A stretch of DNA of 64,000 nucleotides from Asterias rubens (taxonomy: Eukaryota): the NCBI RefSeq assembly GCF_902459465.1, contig NC_047071.1:12090001-12154000 (forward strand). Reading direction: 5' to 3'. Position numbers and translations under genes: made by a program. Below the pieces are notes generated by a model that saw only the letters and a list, made by a program, of their open reading frames with translations, was not told the DNA's origin and ran no database searches. Shown piece by piece: positions 1 through 9,819 of this stretch. The number at the start of each line of letters is the position of its first letter. Position 1 is the first letter of the stretch.

Positions 1-68
1 ACCAAGTAGGTTTATATGCTAACAATTATTTTGAGTATTAAAATACCAATAGTGTCCAGTGCCTTTAA
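1..68. mobile_element. End of a TTAA-flanked MITE copy (family of 145-530)
   Basis: Ends accaatagtgtccagtgcctttaa, the same terminus as the other copies. Confidence 0.75.
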
Positions 69-144
69 CAATGAAGTAATGCTACCTAAAAAAACAAAAT
101 TAATATTTTTTATCCCCGATGCAAATTTAACATTTATTATATTG

Positions 145-530
145 TTAAAGGCAGTGGACACTATAGGTAATTAGTCAAAATAATTATTGGCATAAAACCT
201 TATCTTGGTAACGAGTAATGGGGAGAGGTTGATGGTATAAAACATTGTGAGAAACGGCTCCCTCTGAAGTGCCATAGTTTTCAAGAAAGAAGTAATTTTT
301 CACGAATTTGATTTCAAGACTCAGATTTAGAACTTGATGTCTCGAAATCAACCATCTAAACGCACACAACTTCGTGTGACAAAGGTTATTTTTCTTTCAT
401 TATTATCTCGCAACTTTGATGACCGATTGAGCTCAAATTTTTACAGGTTTGTTATTTTATGCATATGTTGAGATACACCAAGTGTGAAGGCTAGTCTTTG
501 ACAATTGCCAATAGTGTCCACTGCCTTTAA
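145..530. mobile_element. ~385-bp MITE with TTAA ends (piggyBac/Kolobok-type target)
   Basis: TIRs ttaaaggcagtggacactat / atagtgtccactgcctttaa; many related copies in the window. Confidence 0.85.
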
Positions 531-640
531 GTACCCGCTGCCAAAACATAGGATTCGAACTGCCTCTAGCTACTGCCTCTAGCTACTGGACTCTAACTTT
601 CTGCAGCATCAAGGAGAGTTGGCAGCTCTGCAAACGCAAT

Positions 641-835
641 CTCGGTCGTCTAGTTAGTAAGACACTGCTCTAGAATTGCAAGGGTCCTGGGTTCGAATCC
701 CACCCGAGTAATATGCCAGTGATATTTGTTCACAGGATTCGGGGAAGTACTGAATATACTCTGCTAACACACATCGGTGTATGGGTTAAAACTAAAATTA
801 ATATTCTTTATCCGCGATGCGAATTTAACATCTAA
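641..835 (+). mobile_element. tRNA-derived SINE
   Basis: tRNA-like head 641-708 (CTCGG...CCGAG stem, B box GGTTCGAATCC). Tail ...tttatccgcgatgcgaatttaacat recurs at ~95-130 and in every array unit (e.g. 33600-33685). Confidence 0.75.
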
Positions 836-884
836 TAATGCTACCTTCTTTTCTGATGGCATTTCTTGTTCATTGTTCTTTCAG

Positions 885-964
885 GTACTGGAAACACAAG
901 TACAGCCGGTACCTACAAACCATCCTTCCTAACAGATCAGGAGTTGAAGCATCTCATATTGGAG
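885..964 (+). CDS. ARNT: ARNT coding exon (end of bHLH to PAS-A linker); upstream exons lie outside the window
   Basis: ttctttcag acceptor and gtaagg donor. Translates (G)[26 protein letters not shown], matching the ARNT-type motif rather than the BMAL variant. Confidence 0.95.
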
Positions 965-1050
965 GTAAGGCTGTCAGTGGTTGCAACCCAGTTGGTCAAT
1001 GCTGAATAAATCTTTAAGTGTGAACCACACACAGATGTTACATAAAAATC

Positions 1051-1265
1051 GACTGTGAAAGTTTTAGTGTATTTTTGGGCTGTTCACAAGTTTTTTGATA
1101 CCTCACCATGCAATGCCTCAAATCATACATTCACAAGTCATTATAAGGGGGAAATTTTACACGGGGAATTACTGTGAAAGTTTGTGTGCGTTTTGGGGCC
1201 ATTCACAAGTTTGTTGATACCTCACCATGCGATGCCTCAAATCATACATTCACAAGTCATTATAT
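1051..1265. repeat. Tandem duplication, ~120-bp period
   Basis: actgtgaaagtt...gatacctcaccatgc.atgcctcaaatcatacattcacaagtcattata occurs twice. Confidence 0.85.
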
Positions 1266-1382
1266 GAAATTGAAATTCTGCAGGGCAATTAAAATACTTA
1301 ATGTCTTTGTCTTCTAGCTACAAACATGTACCAGTTATGTTATGACCTACATGTACATGTACATGTACAACGTAGTTGGTTG

Positions 1383-1764
1383 TTAAAGACACTGGAAACT
1401 ATTGGTAGTTGTTAAAGACCAGTCTTCTCACTTGGTGTATCTCAACATATGCATCAAATAACAAACCTGTGCAAATTTGAGCTCAATTGGTCGCGAAAAT
1501 GTGAGACTATGAAAGAAAAAACACACTTGTCACACGAAATTGTGTGCTTTCAGATGCTTGATTTCAAGACCTCAAAATCTTTTTCTGAGGTCTCGAAATC
1601 AAATTCGCGGAAAATAACTTCTTTCTCGAAAACTACGTCACTTCAGAGGGAGCTGTTTCTCACAATGTTTTATACTATCAACAGCTCTCCATTACTCGTT
1701 ACCAAGTAAGGTTTTATGCTAATAATTATTTTGAGTAATTACCAATAGTATCCACTGCCTTTAA
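1383..1764. mobile_element. TTAA MITE, opposite orientation to 145-530
   Basis: ttaaagacactgg...tccactgcctttaa; internal sequence is the reverse complement of 145-530. Confidence 0.85.
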
Positions 1765-1900
1765 AGAAGACGTGTCATTGCTTATGATCACATGCTGGAG
1801 GACAAAATGTACTTTATGTGGCCAGCTGAGGGGCGCAAGGCCTTACATCTGGACAAGCCTACATGTAGGTGGTCTGGCTGGCTAGAGACCAAAACACCTG

Positions 1901-2126
1901 GGCCCAATTTCATAGAGCTGCTAAGCACAAAAATTTGCTTACCATGAAATTTCTTCCTTGATAAAAACAGAATTACATTACCTACCAGATTTCCATTTGT
2001 TGCGTATTGCTTGTTACTGGTATTCAGCTGTTGTGGAAATTTGGTTGGTAATACTGTTTTTATCAAGGAAGAAATTTCATGCTAAGCAAATTTTTTTTGT
2101 GCTTAGCAGCTATATGAAATTGGGCC
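1901..2126. mobile_element. PIF/Harbinger-like MITE
   Basis: TIRs ggcccaatttcatagagctgctaagcac / gtgcttagcagctatatgaaattgggcc; CTG direct repeat on both sides. Confidence 0.8.
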
Positions 2127-2220
2127 CTGGACATCAAAATGCCACGTAACCTTGTTTACAAAACAGTGACATTAATTGTTAAGAGTGACTACCAAAGGTA
2201 TAGCTACCCTTTAACACTAT

Positions 2221-2364
2221 ACAATTGTTGCATGCTATGACGGGGTCCATGGCGTTTTGTACACCCGAGGGGGAAAATGGCACCCGAGGCGAATCCGAGG
2301 GTGCCATTTCCCCTCGAGGGTGTACAAAAACCCATGGACCCCAGTCACAGCGTGCAACAATTGT
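2221..2364. repeat. Long foldback hairpin within a dispersed repeat
   Basis: Arms acaattgttgca...ggcacccgagg and ccgagggtgcc...tgcaacaattgt are near-complementary around a cgaat loop. Confidence 0.8.
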
Positions 2365-2698
2365 TTTGTTATACCTTTGTATAATTGTTATTCCTCTTCT
2401 CGAAGTTCTGTTGTCATCTTCAAACATTATTACGCCGGACTATTCATTGTTTAATAAGCAGACAAACGAGAAACAATTCCCTCTAACCCGCGGTTGTTAC
2501 GTACACAGCGCTGGAAATCGACCAACGCCGGGAACGATCAAGGTGATGTACACCGGTGTACATCACTTTTCATGTTACCCGGCCCGTCGAGCCATGTAAC
2601 ATGCGTATTTGTTGCACGGCACGTGATTGGTTCTCGACCAATCAAACTTCACAGTTTATACCGAGGTAAACATATTGTTTTGTCATCATTACTTACAG

Positions 2699-2791
2699 GC
2701 AGCCGATGGTTTTCTCTACGTTGTATCATGTGACAGTGGTCGAGTTATCTACACATCAGATTCTATTCTTCCTGTGTTGAACCAGACACAG
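2699..2791 (+). CDS. ARNT: ARNT exon, PAS-A
   Basis: ttacag acceptor, gtaagc donor, phase 0-0. Translates [31 protein letters not shown]. Confidence 0.95.
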
Positions 2792-3093
2792 GTAAGCAAT
2801 ACTGTGGGTTTTGCTTCAGGGTTTTTTCCAGGATTTTTCACAACTTTGGAACATTTTGAACCCTAATGTTGTTAAGTTTTGCGTGCTTAATTAAATCAAC
2901 TTGGTTTGGAATTTGGCATGTAGTGGATGGTCGGAATCAGCAAGAATGGACTTAATTTCTATTGAACATTAGAAATTTATATAGTGCCTTTGGAGACTCT
3001 TGTTAGAGCAGGATACATGTGATATAAACAGTATTTCTGCTTCACCATGTTCACAGCCTCTGTAAAAGATTCTTAAAAACGTTTGTGTTCTAG

Positions 3094-3211
3094 ACTGACT
3101 GGGTTGGTGCCTCGGTCTTTGATCTCATCCACCCTGATGATGCTGATAAGGTACGGGAGCAGCTATCAACGTCAGAGTCACCGACCAGCGGCAGAATCCT
3201 GGATTTGAAAA
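3094..3211 (+). CDS. ARNT: ARNT exon, PAS-A
   Basis: ttctag acceptor, gtgagt donor. Translates [39 protein letters not shown]. Confidence 0.95.
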
Positions 3212-3756
3212 GTGAGTCATTAATAAATTGTAATAATAAACAGCACTTATGAAGCACACAGTATCTGACAAAAAGTTCCATTCAAGGGTCCCAGTGTCCC
3301 AGGGAATACATGCTAAAATTAAAATAAAAATTACTTATTTTTTTTTATAACTCATTTCTGAAAACTACAGCACTAAGTAATATTTTCAGGGAAGCTTTTT
3401 CCTATCATTATCTTGAAACGCGGTCAGTTTAATGTAAATCTGTGGACATTTTGAAAAAGTACCGGAATCATTTAAATTAACTTGGGCCTATAGGAGGATG
3501 ATTCAAAAGAGGGCACTATCAGAAGAAGTTTGTCTACAGATCTCAATATGGGGGACCTGAATCTCCGGGGGGACAGAATCTCTTGCCCCACCGGTTCGCA
3601 AAGTCAAAGTCAAAAGTCCAGGATTTAAAATGCCCGTTTAAAGAGGTGAGTTTTGAGCTGCCTTTTGAAGATTGAAAGATTGACAATTGTCCATGTAGAA
3701 ATCATGACCTAACGTGTTCGTGGCATGTCATGGCCGAGCACCAGACTCAAGCTGTG

Positions 3757-3985
3757 GGCCCAATTTTATAGAGCTGCTCTGCGGTTGATTTTATGCTGAA
3801 TGTTCGATTTCTATTTCATAGTGCTGCTAAATGCTAATTTTAAAAAGGTGTGCTAACATACCGGTGCTTACTGTATAGAAATGAATGACATAATGTGAAT
3901 CCAATACGCTTACACTTTAGCCAGTCTTTCCACCAAATTAGCACGAAAATTTGCTTACTGTTAAGCAGCAATACGAAATTTGCCC
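3757..3985. mobile_element. Harbinger-like MITE inserted in a SINE
   Basis: ggcccaattttatagagctgct ... cagcaatacgaaatttgccc, with SINE sequence continuing on both sides. Confidence 0.7.
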
Positions 3986-4180
3986 CTGGTGTTTCTGATC
4001 AGCAGAAAGTTGGGTTGCATCCCAGTCCTGACACTTGTGTCCTCAAGCAAAACACTTAACCGTTGTTGCTTCATTCGTCAGATGGAACGCAAAGCACACA
4101 AAAGAACCCAATACAATTATAAATTTTACCAGTTTTATATCTGTGATAGCATTTTATAAATATGTATTCTCTGTCAACAG

Positions 4181-4210
4181 CTGGAACAGTCAAGAAAGAA
4201 GGCCATCAGT
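4181..4210 (+). CDS. ARNT: ARNT 30-nt microexon
   Basis: tcaacag acceptor, gtaagt donor, phase 1-1. Translates (T)GTVKKEGHQ(S), matching ARNT TGTVKKEGQQS. Confidence 0.93.
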
Positions 4211-4715
4211 GTAAGTCCAGAAAGCGTTTATTTTGTTTTGAGTGGAAGGGCCAGTAAAGTGTCATCTGTTTAATTGATAACATGCATGATCGCACCATGG
4301 TCATTTTGTGTTGTTTTTTTTCTTCAAATGCTCTGGCAAAACAAAAACCATTTTCATATAAAAAAAATTACTGTCATGTTCTGATGTGCATTACAATGCT
4401 AAAAAAAAGATAATAAATGGTAAAAAAACGTTTCAACCTTTTAGCAGAGCCTTTCCCGATTCCCAAGTTTGTATCGTATTCTTTACAGAACTTAGTAGAC
4501 ACTTTTCATTTATACTCATTACTTTGTTTAAGCACCTTCTTAAACTAGGCAAAATCAAATCAATGCTATCATTTGAACAAGCAGACATTTCTGGTGCAAG
4601 TTGCCAAAATAAACTACTCTTTACTCGGGTGTGTAACATACAAACTCTGATGCTTCGCTGAGAAGTAATTGTCAATTTTTTAAAAATTAATGATTGATTT
4701 TTTCTTTTGTTTCAG

Positions 4716-4913
4716 CCTCTATGAGGTTCTGCATGGGCTCTAGGCGCGGCTTCATCTGCCGCATGAAGTACGGCAACGCCCAGATTGATCCCATGACTAT
4801 GGGGCGGTACTGCCACGCCCGCAACCGTAACAGTATTGGGTCGACCAAGGACGGAGAACAGTACGCTGTGGTGCACTGCACGGGGTACATTAAGAACTGG
4901 CCCCCACCAGCAG
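4716..4913 (+). CDS. ARNT: ARNT exon, PAS-A C-terminal part
   Basis: gtttcag acceptor, gtactc donor. Translates [17 protein letters not shown]...[17 protein letters not shown]. Confidence 0.93.
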
Positions 4914-5016
4914 GTACTCGTTTGTTATTTTTGTTGTCCCTAATTCTTTTTTAAGTTCCTCCCAAAACAAGGCTAAAAAAACATTCTTGGTAAATATGGC
5001 TACAAGAAGAAAATAT

Positions 5017-5366
5017 TTGAAGTCCTTGGACACGTTTGGTCATTGTCCAGTATTCTCACTTGGTGTATCCCAACATTTGCATAATATAACAGAGCGGTGA
5101 AATTTTTTGCTCAATTGGTCATCGAAGTTGCAAGAGAGAAATGAAAGGAAAAAACACCCTTGTTTCACAATTTTTGTGTGATTTCAGATGAATAATAAGC
5201 TTTTTATTATTTGAGTGAGAAATTACCTCAAAAACTACATTACTTCAGAGGGAGCCGTTTCTCACAATGTTTTGTACTATCAACAGCTCTCCATTGCTCA
5301 TTACCAAGTAAATTTAGATGCTAACATTTATTTTGAGTATTTACTAATAAAGTCCAGTGCCTTTAA
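5017..5366. mobile_element. Diverged TTAA MITE copy
   Basis: Internal match to 1383-1764; ends agtccagtgcctttaa. Confidence 0.75.
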
Positions 5367-5463
5367 GCAGCTCAATGAAATTGGGCCCTGTTGTGATCCC
5401 CTTTACACAAAACCCAAGATGTACCATTCCTTCACCGTCCCCCCTCTCCTCTTCCTTGCACAG

Positions 5464-5653
5464 CTGCTACCGTCATGGACCAGCCTGAAGCTGATTCGGA
5501 GAGCCACGGCACCAACCACTACTGCCTTGTTGCCATCGGCCGCCTGCAGTCCACCAGCACGCCAAACTGCTCCGATATCGGTGGAGCAGGAACACCTAAT
5601 GAGTTCATCTCCAGACACAACCCCGATGGGAAATTCTCCTTCGTCGATCAAAG
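5464..5653 (+). CDS. ARNT: ARNT exon, PAS-A/PAS-B linker and start of PAS-B
   Basis: Pyrimidine tract with cacag acceptor, gtcagt donor. Contains YCLVAIGRLQ...EFISRHNPDGKFSFVDQR. Confidence 0.95.
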
Positions 5654-5750
5654 GTCAGTTGCTGAAATAAAAAAAGGTCCTGTGCATGTGGTTGATAAAT
5701 TCTGTGTTAGAGATTTATCTATTTATCAATAGAGGCATCAAGTGATAGAG

Positions 5751-5900
5751 CAATGGGAGACTTTTGAGGACACTAGGTGGCAGCAGACTTACCAGGTGAA
5801 ATCATTGTTCTCGGTAATGTGCGCATGCTCAGAACCACGTAAACAATGGAATTTTACCTGGTAAGTCTGCTGGCACCTAGCGTTCCAAAGTCTGCCATTG
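5751..5900. mobile_element. Small MITE
   Basis: Inverted arms caatgggagacttt...gcagacttaccagg / cctggtaagtctgc...aaagtctgccattg. Confidence 0.7.
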
Positions 5901-6259
5901 GTCCCCTCCCATTTTTGGATCTTGTGACATGTTTAACTATAGAACCATTGCACAATACGCAGCGCGCATACATGCGGGTCTTCTGTTCGCCATTTTGGGG
6001 GTTAAAATGTGCACAAAAGGATGGTACACGTGTTTACGCACCAATGTGTGTGTTTTGACCCCCAAAATAGCACAGGAGACGCGCATCAATCATTTACATT
6101 TTGACACAGGCAGAATTAGCGCCCTTCATCAAGTGCTTTGAAAGTTTTTATCAAGCATGCTTGCAAAGCTGTTACTTTTGGGAGCCAATCGACGTTGATT
6201 TTCAGTTACATTGTTATGTGATATAATTAAGCCTAAGTTTGATTTGGATTTGTTTCTAG

Positions 6260-6366
6260 AGTGACTGGTGTTTTGGGTTACCAGCCCCAGGAGCTACTGG
6301 GGAAGTCCAGCTACGACTACTACCATCCTGAAGATCAGGGGCATCTCAAAGACAGTTTTGAACAAG
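6260..6366 (+). CDS. ARNT: ARNT exon, PAS-B
   Basis: ttctag acceptor, gtacac donor. Translates VTGVLGYQPQELLGKSSYDYYHPEDQGHLKDSFEQ. Confidence 0.95.
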
Positions 6367-6593
6367 GTACACCCTTCATGTTTATATTAATAATAATAGA
6401 CAAATTATAAAGCACAAAATATCCACCAAGGTACTTACGATAAAGTTACAAATTTATACATCGGAAATGATGATCAAAAGTACAGAGAGCAAGAAAAGGC
6501 CTGATAATAAGTTCCAATGCTCGCATTTTGATCATTGATTGGACAAAGGTATTCTCGAGAGGGCGCACTTACCCACACATGATATCCCATCAA

Positions 6594-6594
6594 A

Positions 6595-6630
<36 letters not shown>
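6594..6630. repeat. (AAT)n microsatellite
   Basis: Direct reading. Confidence 0.95.
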
Positions 6631-6632
<2 letters not shown>

Positions 6633-6964
6633 ACAAGCATTTCTATAGCGCCCCACGAAGAACGGAGCGCTTAACAAAGAAGAGGAACAAAAGAACAGTG
6701 AATCACGGAAACAAATGAGTTTTCAATTTCCGCTTGACTACAGACAAAGACGGCGCTTCACAAAGACTGATCGGAAGTTCATTCCAAAGAGGATGTTTGC
6801 CTATGCAGTGGTCACAAATTCCACAAACGAGTGCAACAATTTTGAAAAACTTCACAAAGATGAGTCTAATAGCTTTGTGAAATCGAACCCTCAGGCCTGT
6901 CATAGTAATCCTAAGATACTGTTCTCTATTTGAGTCTAATATGTGTTTGTTTTTCTTGTACTAG

Positions 6965-7115
6965 CCGTTAAGTTGAAAGGTCAGGTGCTATCGTTGATGT
7001 ATCGCTTCCAAGCTAAGAATAGAGAATGGGTGTGGCTACGAACGAGCTGCTTCAGCTTCCAGAATCCATACACAGATGAAGTGGAGTACATCATTTGCAC
7101 AAACTCAGCCGTAAA
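6965..7115 (+). CDS. ARNT: ARNT exon, PAS-B/PAC
   Basis: tactag acceptor, gtaagt donor. Translates [50 protein letters not shown]. Confidence 0.96.
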
Positions 7116-7635
7116 GTAAGTCCACAATGTGTCCAAACCTGTAGCTTTGTATTTCTTGTGATGCACGGAGTCACTTGTAAACCCAGTGCATTGTAAACAT
7201 CGTGAAGGTTCATTATGTACAATAAGCAAGCCATTTTAAGGAATTTTCACTTTCGTTGAATCTCATCTGTGCAAATTAGCCCCTTGTTTGTTAAGGGGTA
7301 AAGAAGTGCTTCTAATTCTAGTAGACTTAGGTATTTGCCCGTGGTCTCCTAAATCACTGATACCGCTCCCACCACAGCCCATCTCTCCAGTGCTACTGCC
7401 TTAAGTTTGGTGATTTTACAACCCAACCATTCCTTGATGTTCTCCACCCGCACATCTTTGGTCAGCCAAAGATGCACCGACCAAATTATTAAAATTGTTA
7501 ACTTGATTTTGTTCTTTATCTCTGATGCAAGAATATATGATTTAAAAATTGATGTGACACTTCATGTTAATCAATGTTGTAAGCTCTGGTTGTATAGTTG
7601 TCAAACCTTGATGTTATTATTTTTTTTTTCTTCAG

Positions 7636-8107
7636 AAATATCCAGCAGCCCCATGCTAGTCAGGAACTTGAGTCCACCAGCCTCGGAGCCAAAGTAAAGG
7701 GCCCTGGAGAACCAGTCCCTTCCCTCACCCCCTACGGTGCCTACCCCAGGGGCAACACCACAGAGACCCTGGCTGACACCAGGCACCAGGGGTCCGAGAA
7801 GAACAACGCGCAGGAGTGCAAGTCGGAACCCGTCGGTCGTTTTCAGACCGAGAGTGGGGTGTACGCCGGAGTGATGTCGCCCCCTCAAGGGGGCGTCATG
7901 GCTGGTGGAAGTGACAAGCAGACACGATCTCATGCTCCTGGTTTCAACAGTGGGTCGTATCCGCAGGTGAGGGCGCCCCAGTCATACTCTAGGCAGGAGG
8001 AGACGGCGAGTGCAGCTAAGGGGCTTGGGGTGATGGAGGACCCCAATAAGAGTTACAGTCAGACACCAGCGTCTTGGACAGCTTCGCAGTACTCCTCACA
8101 GGTGGAG
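7636..8107 (+). CDS. ARNT: ARNT exon, low-complexity Q/S/G-rich C-terminal region
   Basis: Poly-T cttcag acceptor, gtgagc donor. Open frame continuous with the flanking exons (phase 2-0); GC-rich coding-like composition. Confidence 0.85.
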
Positions 8108-8329
8108 GTGAGCTTCGGGATAATTTCATTTTTTTGTATTGAGATGAAAAATCATTTTTTCAAGGTTTGATATACATTTCATGATAAGACATTCTGTATT
8201 GTCTTGCAAGGTATGTGGGACTATGTTTGAATTCTGAGACCTACTCCTTTTACATAGCACCATGTAATGGTTAACAAGGGGCTGTGGCGTAATATGCAGC
8301 CAATCCAGCCAGGAACACTTCTCTTTTTT

Positions 8330-8490
8330 GATAAGTCCACTGGGTTCTTTTACTCACAGGACTAATGGCTTTACGTCCCATCCGAAGGGCAAAGCATCAT
8401 GGTTAAGTGTCTTGCTTAAGGACACAAGTGTCACGAATAGGACTCGCACCCACACTCTGCTGATCAGAAACACCAAAGCTTGAAATTCGG
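8330..8490 (-). mobile_element. SINE fragment (same family as 3986-4090)
   Basis: Reverse complement of ggtgtttctgatcagcag...gacacttgtgtcct.aagcaa.acacttaacc. Confidence 0.65.
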
Positions 8491-8682
8491 TGCTCTAGGC
8501 AGGCCCCAATACAATCACTACATGTCTCCTTAAATGTGACCCTGGTTTGAAACCTTCAGCTACAACTCTTGGCCAGATGACTACAGAAAAATTGAAAACA
8601 AAATTCATTAAGAATTTTTATTGTGAAACAAACTTTGTAAAGCACAAATTATGGTAACCCTTTTTTGTTCTAATTCCTGCAG

Positions 8683-8851
8683 ACTGCACAGCGCTCCGAC
8701 AGATTGAATGCCCCGACTACCAGCCAATCTGCATCCTTTGGTCAGGCACCAAGTAATGTGACTTCATCCCCGGCACCCACGTACACCCAGTTGCAGACGT
8801 CGAGTGGGCGTAACACGGGTTACCCCTACCAACAGGAAAAAACTGTTCAAG
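8683..8851 (+). CDS. ARNT: ARNT exon, S/T/Q-rich transactivation region
   Basis: cctgcag acceptor, gtacga donor, phase 0-1; frame consistent with both neighbours. Confidence 0.8.
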
Positions 8852-8968
8852 GTACGAGTGATATAAGAATATGTATCAGTGAAAATCGCTATTATTTTTT
8901 TGATAATTTTTGAAACTAACTGGTAAATTTTAAATGATTTTCTGGTTGAACAAAACAAAGACAAATTG

Positions 8969-9040
8969 ACCAGAGCGGGATTTGAACCTGCAACCTCCGG
9001 ATTAAAATGCCAGCGCTATACCAACTGAGCTATCTAGCCC
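8969..9040 (-). pseudogene. tRNA-like pseudogene / SINE head
   Basis: Reverse strand reads gggctagatagctcagttggtatagcgc...ggttcaaatccc with A and B boxes, but the acceptor, D and T stems contain mismatches. Confidence 0.65.
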
Positions 9041-9268
9041 AAGAAATCCTACAGAACAAAAGCTACGCTACATTGCTGCAGGCCTGTATGCTTCATTTTG
9101 GAAAAGGCAAGAGCACTAAGGCATTTTCTCCAAGGTAAAGGGCACCCCTATGAGGAAATTTCTATTGGATAATTTCAAGGACATGGAGGCAAGCGCCTTT
9201 GTTGCCTCCGTGAAAATTGTTAGTATCGACCATGGGTTTAAATCTGCTCATGTTGTGTTACCCCCAAG

Positions 9269-9534
9269 GTGCCCCCACCTCTCAGATGTCATTCAGTGGC
9301 CGGCCAGATCCCCAGCACCAGCAAGCCGTTGGGCGTAGAGACCCCGCCATGTGGCAGCAGTGGCAGCAGTCCACAGTGGCCGGCAGCAGCCAACCAGAGA
9401 CCCAGCAACCACCACCTCAGGAGGAGTTCCATGACATCTACCGTATGCTGGAAGGGCAGCAGACAGCGCAGGCGTACGGCACCCAGGTGGAGGAGTTCAA
9501 CGATATCCCAATGTTTCCTCCGTTCTCGGAATAG
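9269..9534 (+). CDS. ARNT: ARNT terminal coding exon
   Basis: cccaag acceptor in phase 1. Ends EEFNDIPMFPPFSE-stop, matching the conserved ARNT C-terminus MFPPFSE. Confidence 0.9.
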
Positions 9535-9628
9535 TTCTAACAATTCTGCATTACGGGAATGCTCCATTATAAAATTCCTAAGTTTTAGCCACAAAAAAAA
9601 CATGGGGAGTGATAATCCTTTTCACCAG

Positions 9629-9819
9629 TGCCCAAATTCATAAAGCTGTTGAGCAGAAAATACTGCTTGACAACTTTCTTTGCTTAGCAAAAATTGAGTG
9701 GGGCACCAGCTACAACAATGCAAACTTAATGTAATGTTAGCTGATAACCTGTTTCTGCTAAGCGGTACTATTCTGTGCTTAGCAAGTTTTTGCGCTTACA
9801 GACTGTGTTAAAATGTGCC
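9629..9819. mobile_element. Harbinger-like MITE just downstream of the ARNT stop
   Basis: Diverged TIRs tgcccaaattcataaagctg / ...aaatgtgcc with a CAG direct repeat at 9626-9628 and 9820-9822. Confidence 0.65.

Noticed and set aside
8969-9040. Possible functional tRNA gene (also 641-708)
   Set aside because: Stem mismatches in the acceptor, D and T arms and association with SINE body/tail sequence indicate SINE heads or pseudogenes.
885-9534. Alternative assignment as BMAL/cycle or ARNT2-specific
   Set aside because: [33 protein letters not shown] and the MFPPFSE terminus are ARNT-type. The ARNT/ARNT2 split is vertebrate-specific.
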